DNA of 64,000 nt from contig NC_043015.1 in assembly GCF_006345805.1 (NCBI RefSeq), positions 14,880,001 through 14,944,000 on the forward strand. Direction: 5' to 3'. Position numbers and translations under genes: made by a program. This stretch comes from Octopus sinensis. Lineage: Eukaryota. The notes under the pieces were generated by a model. The model was not told the DNA's origin. It did no database searches and worked only from the letters and a program-made list of their open reading frames with translations. Shown here in pieces: positions 13,640-26,138 of this stretch (position 1 is its first letter; each line of letters begins with the position of its first letter).

Positions 13640-14075
13640 GATTCTACATGAGGAATGGAACAACTGAGCTACTGGGAGTATGCAGTGATATATGTGTGGA
13701 AGTTACTGGAGGGGCTGGCACCAAACTTTGGAATTGAGAGTTATACTAGACCTCAAAATGGATGTCAATGCACTGTTCCAAAAGTCTTAGCTGCATCATC
13801 TAAAGTGAGGATTATGTATTGCAACAGCTTGGGATTCAAGGGCCCACTGCTATTTAACTCCTTGCCAAAACATCTGAGGGATCTCCAGCAAGTGGGGGGG
13901 GGCGAGATGTTTTCAAGAAACAACTTGACCTCTTACTATCCAAGATCCCAGATGAACCAATATCAAGGCAGGAAACTGAAACGAGGGCAGTGGTATCAAA
14001 CTCCTTCCTTCACCAAAAGCCAAACACAGAATTGGCCAATCAAAAGGTGATTACACAGGCGGTACCCCAGCATGG
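13640..14075 (+). mobile_element. CR1/L2-group LINE 3' fragment
   Basis: YAVIYVWKLLEGLAPNFGI...SLGFKGPLLFNSLPKHLRDL. Confidence 0.75.
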
Positions 14076-14106
14076 CTGCAGCCTCAGGGTTGAAACATAT
14101 AAAAGA

Positions 14107-14137
<31 letters not shown>

Positions 14138-14220
14138 TGTATGTATGTAGGTAGGTAGGTAGGTAGGTAGGTAGGTAGGTAGGTAGGTATGCATGCATGC
14201 ATGCATGTATGTATGTATGC
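14107..14220. repeat. Compound microsatellite (TATG)n(TAGG)n(CATG)n(TATG)n
   Basis: Direct reading. Confidence 0.95.
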
Positions 14221-14429
14221 AAATTAGGGACTCCTTCATAGAGTGACTACTGTATTTGTTGAGTATATAAACAGTTTGGCTGCTTGTTTCTCTGGAGACT
14301 GTCAGAATGTTGTGGACGCCTCTGATGAGAAGCCAATAAGGTTTGAAAATCGATTTAGGCTGTTCATCATTTTTTCAGTCTGTGGAGAAATGGCTAAAAT
14401 TTGCCCTGTATCTGGCTTTCATTGACAGA

Positions 14430-16135
14430 TAGATAGCAGGTGTTATGAAAGGAATGCTTTTCTCCGTAGTAAGGCTACATTCCATCTGAAACACACAAGA
14501 CTACAAAAGTCATCAGTGCCTAAGCGCATTAATGTCCTGCCTTTGAAAACTGTTGAAAAGCAGGCTGAGCTCTCTATCAAGTTGGTCACTACACTCAACA
14601 CTGTTGATATCAATGGTGACAGAATTGTCTTGGAAGGCTCTGTGTGATGCAATGCACTTTGCATCTATAGAGGTTCTTGGAATTCCTGTTCATAAACATC
14701 AAGATTGGTTCAACAATAACAATACAGACGTCCAACAGTTGATAGATAAAATGCACAGCTCTCACAAAACTTGAATAAATGGTAAGAGCTCATCCAGAAA
14801 ACAGAATGCCTACAAGAAATGCAGAAGCCAGGTCCAACATGCTCTGAGACAGATAATAGAGGCTTGGTGGACTTTCAAGACTACTGAACTCGAAGAAGCT
14901 GCAGACAGGATTTTAAAGCCTTTTATGATGGCCTCAAGAAAGTATATGGTCCTCAAGAGCATGGTGTTACTCCTATTTTTCCATTGAATAGAGAGTCAAA
15001 TCAGACATCCTGAAATGATGGAAAGCTCACTTTGAAGCTGTGTTGAACTCCACCTCAGTCACTAATGATGACGTTATAGTTTCTGTTCCACAGCACACTG
15101 AAATACTGGAACTGTCTCAAGAGCCAACCTTCCTGGAAGTGGTAAACTCTATTAAACAGATCTCTTCTAGTAAAGTATCTGGCAGGAATGCTATCCCTCT
15201 TGAAATTTACAAACATGGGGGGACAGAAGATTTTTAAGAAACTGCATGACCTCTTCATAAACATTTGGAAGGTAAGACATGTACCACAGGACTTCAAGGA
15301 TGCCTCAATTCAACATCTTTATGAGAACAAAGGAAACAAAAGTGTCTGTGATAATCCTCATGGAATATTGCTTCTGTCTATTGCTGGTAAGATTCTTGCT
15401 CAATTCATTCTTGACAGGATCATCAAATGCATGATATCTATCCAAAATCACTGTGGATTTTGCTCTGGTTGTGGCACTATCGACATAATCCATGGAGAAG
15501 GTACATGAGAAAAATCAAGAGTTGTTCTTGATATTTGTTGACCTTACTAAGGCCTTCAACACTGTTAACTGGCAAGCACTATGGAAAGTTCTGAAAAAGT
15601 TTGGTATAACTGACAAGATGTTGAATGTTATCTCCTTTCATGAGGGAATGAAGGCTGCTGTCATGTCTGGTGGGGAATCTTCGGCTGCCTTCGGTGTTAC
15701 AAATGACACAAAGCAAGCTTGTGTTATGGCCCCTATTTTGTTTGCACTCTTCTTTTCAGTGATGCTGAGATATGCTTTTTGTGACATACAAAGTGGTGTC
15801 AAATTCCAGTTTCGAACAAGTGGTGGACTATTCAATCATCAGAATTTCAAAGTCAGAACACTGCTACGTACCAGTATCATTCATGATCTACTTTTTGCAG
15901 TTGATGCTGCACTAGTAGCAACCTCTTTAGAGGAAGCTCAGAAACATCTAGACCAGTTTTCTGCTGCATGTAAAGCCTTTGGTTTGACAATCAGCATAAA
16001 GAAGAAAGAAGTAATTCACCAACATTGCCCTACTCCTAAACAAATATGAGGTGTCAAGCAGATGCCACTGGTTTACAATTTTCCTGATGGGAAAAACCTA
16101 AATTATGTGAAGTCATTTACATATCTTGGTAGTTA
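14430..16135 (+). mobile_element. BovB-like RTE fragment (second subfamily)
   Basis: FVDLTKAFNTVN, QACVMAPILFALFF, GGLFNHQNFKVRT, DLLFAVDAAL, FGLTISIKK. Confidence 0.85.
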
Positions 16136-16514
16136 AGGAATATTCTTTTACTCCTGTCTCTATATCGTCATTTCATTAATCTATACCCTTCTCATTCTCA
16201 CTATTTATCTCCGATGATGGAATATCCCATACAATGGGACATCCCAGAAACAACTGTGAGACTTTGAATTTTTTTTCCAATAATAATAATATATGTATGA
16301 CTTGAGATGTTTGCTTTGCCTTAATGTTTGTTGTCCTCTTTAACAATTATATATCTGCTATATTGGAAATCTGCAATAGCTCCATAACTACTGTCTCAGT
16401 TATAACCTTGGAGCCCTAGTAATCCATTATATCATTTACCTAGCATACCTAATCGTATAGATCACCTGTGAACTAAATCCCCGTATTTTGTATATGTGTA
16501 TATATACATATAAT

Positions 16515-16806
16515 ATGAGCGGGATCATTACCAGCATCGCCTTACTGGCACCCGCACCAGTGGCATGTATAAAAGATTCGAGCGAGGTCGTTGCCAGTGC
16601 CACCTGACTGGCCCCGTGCCGATGGCACGTAAAAGCATCCACTACACTCTCAGAGTGGTTCACGTTAGGAAGGGCATCCAGCTGTAGAAACTCTGCCAGA
16701 TCAAGATTGAAGCCTGGTGCAGCCATTTGATTCGCCAGCCCTCAGTCATACATCCAATCCATGCTAGCATGGAAAGTGGACGTTAAACGATGATGATGAT
16801 GATGAT
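16515..16806 (+). mobile_element. RTE 3'-UTR-derived short element with (ATG)n tail (also ~20430-20590, 54465-54650, 54870-55030, 3850-3990)
   Basis: Shares gttaggaagggcatccagc...gctagcatggaaa..ggacgttaaacgatgatg with the RTE tail at 28765-28950. Confidence 0.8.
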
Positions 16807-16978
16807 ACATATATATATATGTAATATGCATGTGTATATATATATATACATATATAAATTTAAATTCTGATGAATATGGTACTTAAGTTAAAGGTACCAG
16901 AATTTAGTATGGTATTATCCATATAATTCAAAATGGGGTGATTATAATCAAAACAAGCAACAAGGAAATCCAGAGGTA

Positions 16979-17067
16979 ATGCTGTACGATTGTTTCGTGT
17001 GACTCGATTTAATTGAACAATGTAAACATTACATCAGTTTAAAATGTAGAGCAATCTTCAGCTGCAT
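16979..17067 (-). ncRNA. Second, more decayed copy of the 18845 hammerhead family
   Basis: ATGCAG CTGAAGA ... C GAA ACAATCGT A CAGCA. Flanks align by eye with 18830-18940. Confidence 0.45.
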
Positions 17068-17185
17068 AAAAATTTAGAATTTAGTTAAATTTGAAGGATT
17101 ATCCAAAATCATAAAGAGGGTAAGTATCTACTTACAACAACAACAAAAACCTTAGAAATGATAATCCAGAGCTGAAATTTTCCCA

Positions 17186-17230
17186 AGACACCTGATGAAG
17201 GCTGGAGAATATATCAGCCGAAACGTGTTA
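17186..17230 (+). ncRNA. Hammerhead-like motif lacking the cleavage triplet
   Basis: GACAC CTGATGA A GGCTG-N10-CAGCC GAAAC GTGTT. Helices I and II are present, but there is no NUH between GAAAC and helix I'. Confidence 0.45.
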
Positions 17231-17479
17231 ACAACAAACAAGATGAGGACAAATATCCGTCAAATGTAAATATGTCCACATTATGTAAATTTCTTAATTT
17301 TTATGGCAGGGCATTGAAGAGCTGTGACCCTTTGAACCCTAGGCTATTTCAGTACCTGGTCCTGAATTTAGATTGAGTGGAAGGTACCTTTGGTACAATA
17401 AAATAATGGTGTCCAGTTCTGGTATTTGTATAAGATTCAATGCTGAAATTGAAAACTAACCCTTCTAAAGTTTTCCATA

Positions 17480-17790
17480 TGTAGATTATTATATATCTGT
17501 CGTGCCTTTGCTCCAGGGAGTAAAGTCAGTTTTTTCAGCTTCTCCTTGTAGCTCATCTGCTACACTTTTTTTTATCTTTTTAGTGTAGTGGCATTGGACT
17601 GCTTCACGTTCCACTGTTAGTTTGCCACTATGTGGTGGCCATAGCTGAGAGCAATAGTCCGGGTGGCTGAGAATGAAAGTCCTCCACAGGGTCAATATAA
17701 CTTCTTGGTCTCTTGTCTTGAAGGATTTTAGCATCTATATTGCTAGTTGTCTGCACTTTGCTGCCATCTTGGTAATGTGCATATGAAATG
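17480..17790 (-). mobile_element. CR1/L2-group LINE fragment
   Basis: FKTRDQEVILTLWRTFILSHPDYCSQLW. Confidence 0.75.
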
Positions 17791-17904
17791 ATGCATCATT
17801 GTACATACTGATCCCCAAGTCTTTCACTGTTTGTAATACTGGGATTGCAGTACTTTTGGGTCCTGTATGTGCAGGGCATGGTGTATATATATGTAATATA
17901 TATG

Positions 17905-18003
<99 letters not shown>

Positions 18004-18014
18004 ATAAAATATAT

Positions 18015-18779
18015 ATAAAAGTACAAAATGGGACAAGAACGCAAAACATTCAAATAGACGACACAAAAAATGGACAGGTCATTCGAAGCCTCTAATCTTC
18101 AGTCAAGAACCGGATCATCCTCGCAATTTCGGCTGATTAATCTTGAGATCGCTCCAATCTGGCCAGCCCCAAGGAAAAACTCAGCTACGAGCATTATATT
18201 TCTTGGAAAAAGGATTGAATGTATACGAAACAAGGACAGAGAAATGGACGATGCCACACAAATATAAATACAAAAAACAAAAAGTAATACGAATATAAAT
18301 CCAAAAAACAATAATAATAATAATTACAGGACAAAAACAACAGGCGTCTTTCGGCTTTAGACAGTTCAACTTAGCTGGCGTATTTGAAAAATAATGCCTT
18401 ACGGCAGACGAAAAGAATCGGTGTTGTCATGGCGCTGCTCAGAAGCTGAAAGGCTATAGTTGACTGGCGGGGCGGTCACATGAGAAGAGAAGAGAGAAAA
18501 AAGGGGCAAAGGAATCAAAGAGAGGGAGAAGAGAGAGAAAAAGAGGGACAAAGGCACCAAGGAGGGGGAGAAGAGAGAGAAAGAAGGAATTAAGGAGGGG
18601 AGAAGAGAGCGTGCCAAGGATTGGCGGGACAAAAGAAAGGCAGGGTCAGTGAGGTGCAAAGTGAGAAAGGCAGAGAAATGTGAGAGAGTGGGGGAAGAGG
18701 AGACCAAAGAATCAAAGAGGCAAGAAAAGAGAAAGACAGAGACAAGTGAAGTACAGAGAAAGTGTGTGTAGAAGTCATA

Positions 18780-18780
<1 letters not shown>
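18015..18780. mobile_element. Recurrent non-coding repeat, probably Penelope-derived (related pieces at 8130-8620 and 12345-12480)
   Basis: Shared block gaagcc..aatcttcagtcaagaaccggatcatc.tcgcaatttcggctgattaatctt, followed by a purine-rich tract. The PLE origin is inferred. Confidence 0.55.
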
Positions 18781-18815
<35 letters not shown>

Positions 18816-18844
18816 CAAAATAAGCAACAGGATATCAAGAAGTG

Positions 18845-18932
18845 ATGCAGTATGACCATTTCAAGAGGTTCCATTTAATTGGACAATGCAATCATTACAT
18901 CACTTTAAATGCAGGGCTATCCTCAGCTGCAT
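18845..18932 (-). ncRNA. Type I hammerhead-like motif (degenerate helix II)
   Basis: ATGCAG CTGAGGA N~57 GAA ATG-GT-CAT A CTGCAT. Helix I is a perfect 6 bp and the core is intact, but the helix II closing pair is mismatched. Confidence 0.55.
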
Positions 18933-18939
18933 AAATAAA

Positions 18940-19620
18940 TAAACAGAATTTTAATCAGCTGGACACATTAATATAGTTTTACTCATCTGTTCTAATAGAG
19001 CAAGAAGATAGAAAAAATTCATGTTGTCACTATTGTAGCTAAGAATATACTACATTTCTAAGATATGTATGAAGTTTGTTGGAGTCATAGCTTGTAAAGG
19101 ATTGCAGATCATTTTTAATTTATTAGTCTTTTTATCAACTACTAAATCTAAAACTAGAGGACTGTGTCTGTTTAGAATGGAGGGCAGCTCATAGCTGGAT
19201 ATGGTCATAAATATTATCAAGATTTTAGGACTAGTATAAAGTAACTGTCTATAAAGGAGGCTGAGTAGGGGAAGACCCCAAATCAAGATGTTAATTACCA
19301 ATTAAAGGAGCAAGACACTAATAAAACCTATGTTAATACAGAAGAAATTTTTATCATGGGGTACTATGGGTGATTGTTTATAAACAATATTGTTATGCTG
19401 TGTAAAGATAAAATTTAAGATTATCAAAAATGATATCATAACCAAAATAGATAAAATGTGTATATATACCAATTCTCAACATTAAAAAGGAAAGATTACA
19501 TAGAATCAGTTTAATACTCATTCATGTACTTAATTATTTACTTAAGTGGTTTTTATAAAGACTGCTCTAGACATTTACTTATGGATAACTGGAAAGATAA
19601 ACATGCTATCTATATATTAA
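18940..19620 (-). pseudogene. Highly decayed Penelope-like reverse transcriptase remnant
   Basis: Minus-strand fragments SFLFNVENWYIYT (cf. PLE DVxxLYT motif) and NNIVYKQ..VP (cf. YxQxxGxPMG). Lies directly upstream of the 18845 hammerhead on the same strand. Many stops. Confidence 0.4.
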
Positions 19621-21148
19621 TTATAAGCTAAGAATCAGAAAAAAAATAAAAGTTGTGTACAAATACAGACACATATTTATCTTTGTGCACACATGCAAAT
19701 ATACACAAATATTTATGTGTTATTATAGATATATTATAATCAACTCGCATAGACTTAAGTAACTAGAAAGTATATATTTCTATTTAAGAGTAGTAACAAC
19801 TTATAAGGGATAAGAAGTTAACAGGTAAGGATAGCAAAATAAGAAAACAAAATAACAAGAATTTATAGAGAATAGTAAGAAATATATATAACTTACATTT
19901 TAAAGAGACGGAGTTTTGAAATTTGAGGTAGGGAAGAGATAAAGATAACCCCAAAGAGGAAACAATAGGTATGGGAGTAGTGAGGACAGTTGGAGGTATT
20001 CAGAAGTGTTTTATAAGTTGCAAAGTTACCGGTGCTATTGTATACATGATTTTATAGTTTCTCAAGACTTACATAAAAGCCATTACAAAAATACATAATA
20101 CAATCAGTAGAGTAGAACATCATAGAAAGGAACAAATAGTTTAATCACCAAAAATATGATGAAGTCAGACTAACTAGGCAGGATTATTCATGGAATAGTA
20201 ATTACATGTAGCACACCACATACCATACCATATAGCTTATAACATATGCAATGCAATTTAATTCATCATATAACTCAATATTCCATGATTTTATTATATA
20301 TAATACTAGAGGGTATATATATACACAATTATGTGGTAAGGCTTCAACAAATATATAGAATAGCTCTTGATCAGCTACGAGAGTAAAGATAATGTTATTG
20401 TTGGAACCACAAGTCTTGTTATATCATCATCATCAACCTTTAACATCCATTTTCCATGCTAGCATGGGTTGGACAGCTTGACAGGAACTGGCAAGGCCAG
20501 GGGCCTCACTAGGCTCTGTAGTCTGTTTTGGCTAGGTCTCTACAACTTGATATCCTTCCTAATGTCAACCACTCTGAAGTGTGCACTGGGTGCTTTTTAC
20601 GTGGCACCTTGGTTTTAAAATCTCAGTGTGTGTGTGTGTGTAAATCGTTATGGCATCCCCGTCAGCGGCACTGACTTCCACAAGGTCTTCCAATTCACTT
20701 CCTCATCTACTAAACTATGCTGGAGCAGCTATGTAAGTTTCCATATTTAGACAACATGGATAACCTATTTCTCAGTTTTATTCTTGCTTTCTTCTTTGAC
20801 CATGTCTTTTCCTTTTACCCTCTCCATATCTCACTATCTGCTTGATTCCATCTGTCAATGATACCAGGGTACCAAAGCAACATTATCTATCAGTCAAGAT
20901 AAATCACTTTATCACATTTCTTTCCTCTCTCTTTACTTTTCTCCCAAAGGAATTCTTCCTTCTCTTTTCCATTTCCTTCCATCCTAGTATCAGTAATTCT
21001 TCTTATCCATCACCTACTGCTCATTTTCTTCTTTCTTTCAAACTTCATTTGCCACATATATATTTCTTCTCACTCCCTTGCATCATATGACTCTGATCTC
21101 TCTACCCTCTCTAATTCTCTCACCTGATTCTCCCCTTTCTCCTCCATG

Positions 21149-21186
<38 letters not shown>

Positions 21187-22187
21187 TACCAACATTTTTA
21201 TCAATCTCCTTCTACCCATTCTTTACCCTATACACTCACATATTCTCACTCTTTCTCCATCAATCTACACCTTTACTGACTTCTTTATTGCCTGCAACCC
21301 CCTCCCTTTTGCCCTCTTCCAGGTACTACTTACAGTTATTTTCTGTAAATTTTGCATTGTACACTATAATTGAAGGCCTTCTCAGAGAAGGCATCAACTT
21401 TGCAAGCTGCAATGAAGGCAGCTTGACTGGGAGAACAATAACTCTGAATAAAAATGGATACAGTGTAGAAAGGACACTTTAGTCTTAGCAGTTGATCCCT
21501 CAAATGTTGGTGTCACAAAATGCATTCAGTCCATGCTATAAAGTGGTTGATGATAAGAATGACATCCAGACTGTAATACAATGTCACAGTCATGAAATCT
21601 TCTAATAAACCTTGACTGCTTATACAAGACTAACACTTGCTATGGGAGTATGCATACAATATTGAGTGTTTTGATGCAGACATATGACCATGACTGACGA
21701 AAAATCAATGTAGACTCAGCTTGCCAGGAGCTTACTTTTACACAACCAAATAATTTTGAAAAAGGTAGTTACTAAAATAAAATGATGGATTTTGCACATG
21801 AATGCCAACAGTCCCATGATGCTTCACCTAATGAACTATGATGCAATGCATTTTACTAAAATATTTCTATCAGGTCTGTGAATTAAAAACACAATCCTTG
21901 TCTTCAGTAAAGAGCCCTGTCTACATATTAGTCTCCATTTCATATCCTAATGCTCTAATATACACCTCTTTTGTTTTTACTTTTGGATCAGAATTATGCA
22001 ACCAGAATGGAATGCCAGCCATATCTACAATATGTTTCTTGTAGCTACCTTGAGATCTTTTGTGTTACCCCAAATAGTATACGTGTTGCACATAGATAGT
22101 TTTCAATATGCATTCTGTACAAGTTTTCTACTATTCTCACATATTGACTCTAATATGTATGTCCTTTTATCTATTTGTATCATACAG

Positions 22188-22331
22188 GTAGCTGTTCAGA
22201 GCCATTTTTATCGAGGCCAAGAGATTCGAGAATACCCAGTTACTTATCGATCAAGTGATATATATGGACACACAAGTCAAGATTTTCAAGTACCACGATA
22301 TAATCATGTGTCTTATTCAAAACTCTGCTAA
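22188..22331 (+). CDS. Probable terminal coding exon of the same receptor gene
   Basis: Pyrimidine tract plus catacag|GTA acceptor, phase 0 matching the upstream exon. Reads VAVQSHFYRGQEIREYPVTYRSSDIYGHTSQDFQVPRYNHVSYSKLC*. Followed by largely unique AT-rich sequence. Confidence 0.62.
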   Translation, partial: VAVQSHFYRGQEIREYPVTYRSSDIYGHTSQDFQVPRYNHVSYSKLC

Positions 22332-25300
22332 TTTTAATATATTTCTGTAAAACAGTTCACTCACTATATACTGTGATGTTAATACATTCCCTAAACATGG
22401 ATTTGTTTATGAGGACAGGAGAGTCTCACAGTATAACTTGAATTTGATTACTCATTATGTGTGTGTGTGTATGTGTTTGGCTAGGGCTGTATATATGTAT
22501 GAATGGGTGTCTATGTATGTGCATATATGTGTGTGTGTATGTGTATATATATATACACACATACATACATTTGTGTGTGTGTGTGTATGTATATATATAT
22601 ATATGCACATGCAAACAGGTTTGTTTGTGTTTATTTTGCCAAACAACCATAACTGCGTGCATTAGACCATTACATGATAAATGTATATCATAAAACTCTT
22701 GTGTACACTGACACACACGCGCATGCATGCACGCATACACATACACACACATATACATCCACTCATGCATACATACTTACATACACTCACATTTAAATAA
22801 TTGCTTGCATGGACTTATGTGCACAATTACATATGGACACATATTTTCAAGATCTTCAATTAAAGTTTAATTCAGATCTAATTAAACAGTATTTATATTT
22901 CAATTAATAAATTAGCACCAAAGTTATCAAATATTCTCAACAAGAAGGAGAATCTGTATTTGTACATATGTATGAGTGTATGCATGGGAAAGGGGGTGTT
23001 GCTGACATAATTGTTCTTCATTGGCACTAGCCTTTTCTTCATCAGTTCAATCTTACTCTCACAACATGCAAAATTAAAGAGAAGCATATCTTTTTCAGGA
23101 AAAGTCTTATTTCCAACATTAGCAATTCTGCTTTAACAGAATTAATTATCTACTAATCAGATGTGGTTCTTGATAGATTGCTGATGTATTTGAAGAGCAA
23201 ATATACTTGGAGTGATTTCCCTCATTGATTGAAACGAACAAAACAGCAGTGTCTCTGTTTGACTTGTACAAATATTTCTTTTGTGTTTTTACTTCATTCA
23301 AAAGACAACAGAAATTATTGCCTTGCCTCCTACGGGAAACACATTGACAATGACTAAATTTAACGGTTAGGTAGTCGCTTGAATGAAACTTAAATGCTAT
23401 CTTTGCATTTTTCTAAAAACAAATACTGTTCATTTAACCTCAAAATATTTAGTAGAGATGTGAAATAAATGCAAATGCTGAAAGTTTTACATTTAAATGT
23501 AAAACCCTGAAGATTCTTTTGTATAAGGATATATTTCTAGCCTTGCTCTAAATAATTTTTGGGTTACAAAAACAGTGAAGAGAACTGAAAGACATTCAGT
23601 TTCAACCAGAACAGTGTTTTTTTCAAACTGTTTATGTATCAGTCAGTTTCCAGCATAAATCAACTTGTTGCATGAATCTGACTGTTAGTGTACGTGGAAA
23701 ATTTTGTAACACACAATGAGTATATGAATTTTATATAAAAAAATATATTTCTAACTTTTCTTGACTTCTTAATTCCAATACTCTGCTGTATATTATATAA
23801 ATTTCATCCTTGTGCTCTTCCAGTCTAACTGAAAGAGTACACATGATTTTGACACTGCACTGAAGCGCAATGAAACCTTATTAGGTCATCAAATTGATGA
23901 CACTTCAGTTGTATGTCTTCCCTATAGTGGTTAATACCCTAACATTATTTTAGAGCAAATTTAGGAGTATTTTCTAAAATGTAATTAATGAATTCAAATA
24001 CTCTATAGTGCATTATGTAATTTCACGTGCTTCTGTATTTTGACATACAGAAGCAGGAACATATTGTATCACCAAAAGAAACGTTGAAGTATCATATTCA
24101 TGTTTGTAAGATGTGGAAAAGACAATACTTTTCTTTTTTCATTTTTTTTTGTTCTTTTGTGGATTTTTTTTTATGTTAAATAAATTGTTTGAGTTTGAGT
24201 TCTCAATAACTGGTCCAGAAAGCAATCAAAATTTTCAAGCCAAACGTCTTAACTTTTGCAAAATGTTATTGCTAAGAAAGGTTTCCTTGCTATTTTAGCT
24301 ATAAATAGATTTATATTTTAATATAAATTTTATGATAAAAGGATTTATACTGTTACTTTTGAATATAGAAGTAAAATGACGGTATGTAGGGTACCTGCAC
24401 TTGGTATTTCCATTATGGAATATTTCCATTGCAAATATTTGTTCTCTGGTTATGACAATTTATTCTATATTTCCCTAGCTAGGTGTTGTGAAAAGGCTAC
24501 AAAACATTGATAATTTTATTGATACATAACTATTATTAAGAAAGACCAAGAAATTTGCTCTAGTAAATTAGTTATAAACAGTTGAAGTTATGTATTATCC
24601 AACACAAATTAAAATCCAAAATGGTTATCACTACTGTTAAATAAATATAAACTTTTGGGGTGTATCAGTCTATATTATGTAAAATAATAAGGTCTCTCTA
24701 AACTCTTGATTCTCTATTTATATATAGTGTGTGGACAGAAATTTGTGTATTAATGCACACAGTTATAGATATCTGTACATAAGTACATTTATATTTGAAT
24801 ATATATCTGGCGAATTCTCACAGAGAATAAATAGACATTCCTAAGCCTGAAGTGATAATAATTTATCTGCAATCTAGTCTCTGTAGATAAACCTTAGACA
24901 ATACACACCATTTTACTGTCTGAATTATAAAGAAAAATTTACACAGACTCATTCACAGTCACACTGCTTATAAGCTCGACCTTATACTTAGATTCTGGAT
25001 ATGTTATACACTTTTTGAAATTTCTGTAGAAATGAAATGGCCATTTGTAATTTCATTGCAGTTATTTCATTGTTGGTCTGGCAAGACATTTTATTTTAAA
25101 TGATTCAGGTTCTCAAAACAAGAAAATATATCTGAAGGCTTTCTGGTAAAATTGTCAAATGACCACCACTTCAGGGGATTTAACTTTTATTCATTTAATA
25201 CTTAAAAATATGTTTGTTAATTATTAACCCCCAGAAAAAGATCTTGGTCACCATCTGTAACCAATCAGTTGAGCTGTCATTAGTTAGATGATCTGTGTAG

Positions 25301-25480
25301 GTGTACAAGTATGTATGTGTTCAAGTTCAACAATTCAGTTGTTTTAAAGAAGGAAGTTATATGTAAAAGTATGTAAACACTTTTTACACATATTTTCTCA
25401 TATATACACATCTAATGAGTGGTTTTATTTATTGAAAGCTGAATGCAGATTTCAGTAGTTAAAATAAAGTTTGCCATATC
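22332..25480 (+). other. Putative 3' UTR region of the receptor gene (end undefined)
   Basis: Mostly TE-free AT-rich sequence after the stop, with several AATAAA hexamers (e.g. ~22906, ~23464, ~24826, ~25462). Confidence 0.35.
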
Positions 25481-25508
25481 CATTTTTGTTTCATTTTTTA
25501 GATTATAA

Positions 25509-25555
<47 letters not shown>

Positions 25556-25737
25556 CATCATCATTATTGTTATTATCATTATTAATTAATTTATTTGTTT
25601 GTGACTGAGAAATAACATACAAAACATATCTTTTGCTGTTTGATGTATCATTTATAATTTTATTTATTTCAAGTTCTTTAAAGACACTGTATGTACATTT
25701 ATAATTACAGTAATTTGTTTATACATTTACTAGTATG

Positions 25738-25771
<34 letters not shown>

Positions 25772-25786
25772 ATGTATATATATATG

Positions 25787-25818
<32 letters not shown>

Positions 25819-26048
25819 AAATATTATTAGAGACAAAACCACTATTTTGCAAAACAAACAAGGAAAGACTTAATCAATATATATATATATATACACACAC
25901 ATGAATATGTGTTACAGAAATTGTATCTCTTTATAACTCTTTATTGTGAGTATGTTTAAAATAATATCAATAAGACTCATTAAAACTTGTTGGTAACATG
26001 GATTTTTTTTGTATGTGTTGTACATACATACATTTAGCAGTAACTTAC

Positions 26049-26138
26049 CAACCAACCAACCAGTCATTTCCTTTGGGGAATGATCACAGAATTTTGCAAC
26101 TACTTGTATCTTAAACATTTTCTCTGATATTATTTATC
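26049..26138 (-). other. Candidate exon of an unidentified minus-strand gene or lncRNA
   Basis: Strong acceptor tttctttttttttacag| and donor |gtaagt. All three frames from the acceptor hit stops, but an internal ATG (26118) opens MFKIQVVAKFCDHSPKEMTGWLV. Confidence 0.45.

Noticed and set aside
16864-16905. CTGATGA...GGTAC-N11-GTACC-a-GAAT
   Set aside because: Extra bases between the core and helix II, and GAAA is broken; too degenerate to call.
21874-22044. Alternative phase-0 terminal exon (VCELKTQSLSS...) upstream of 22188
   Set aside because: The acceptor is plausible but the peptide is unconvincing and the region may be old TE sequence; needs RNA data.
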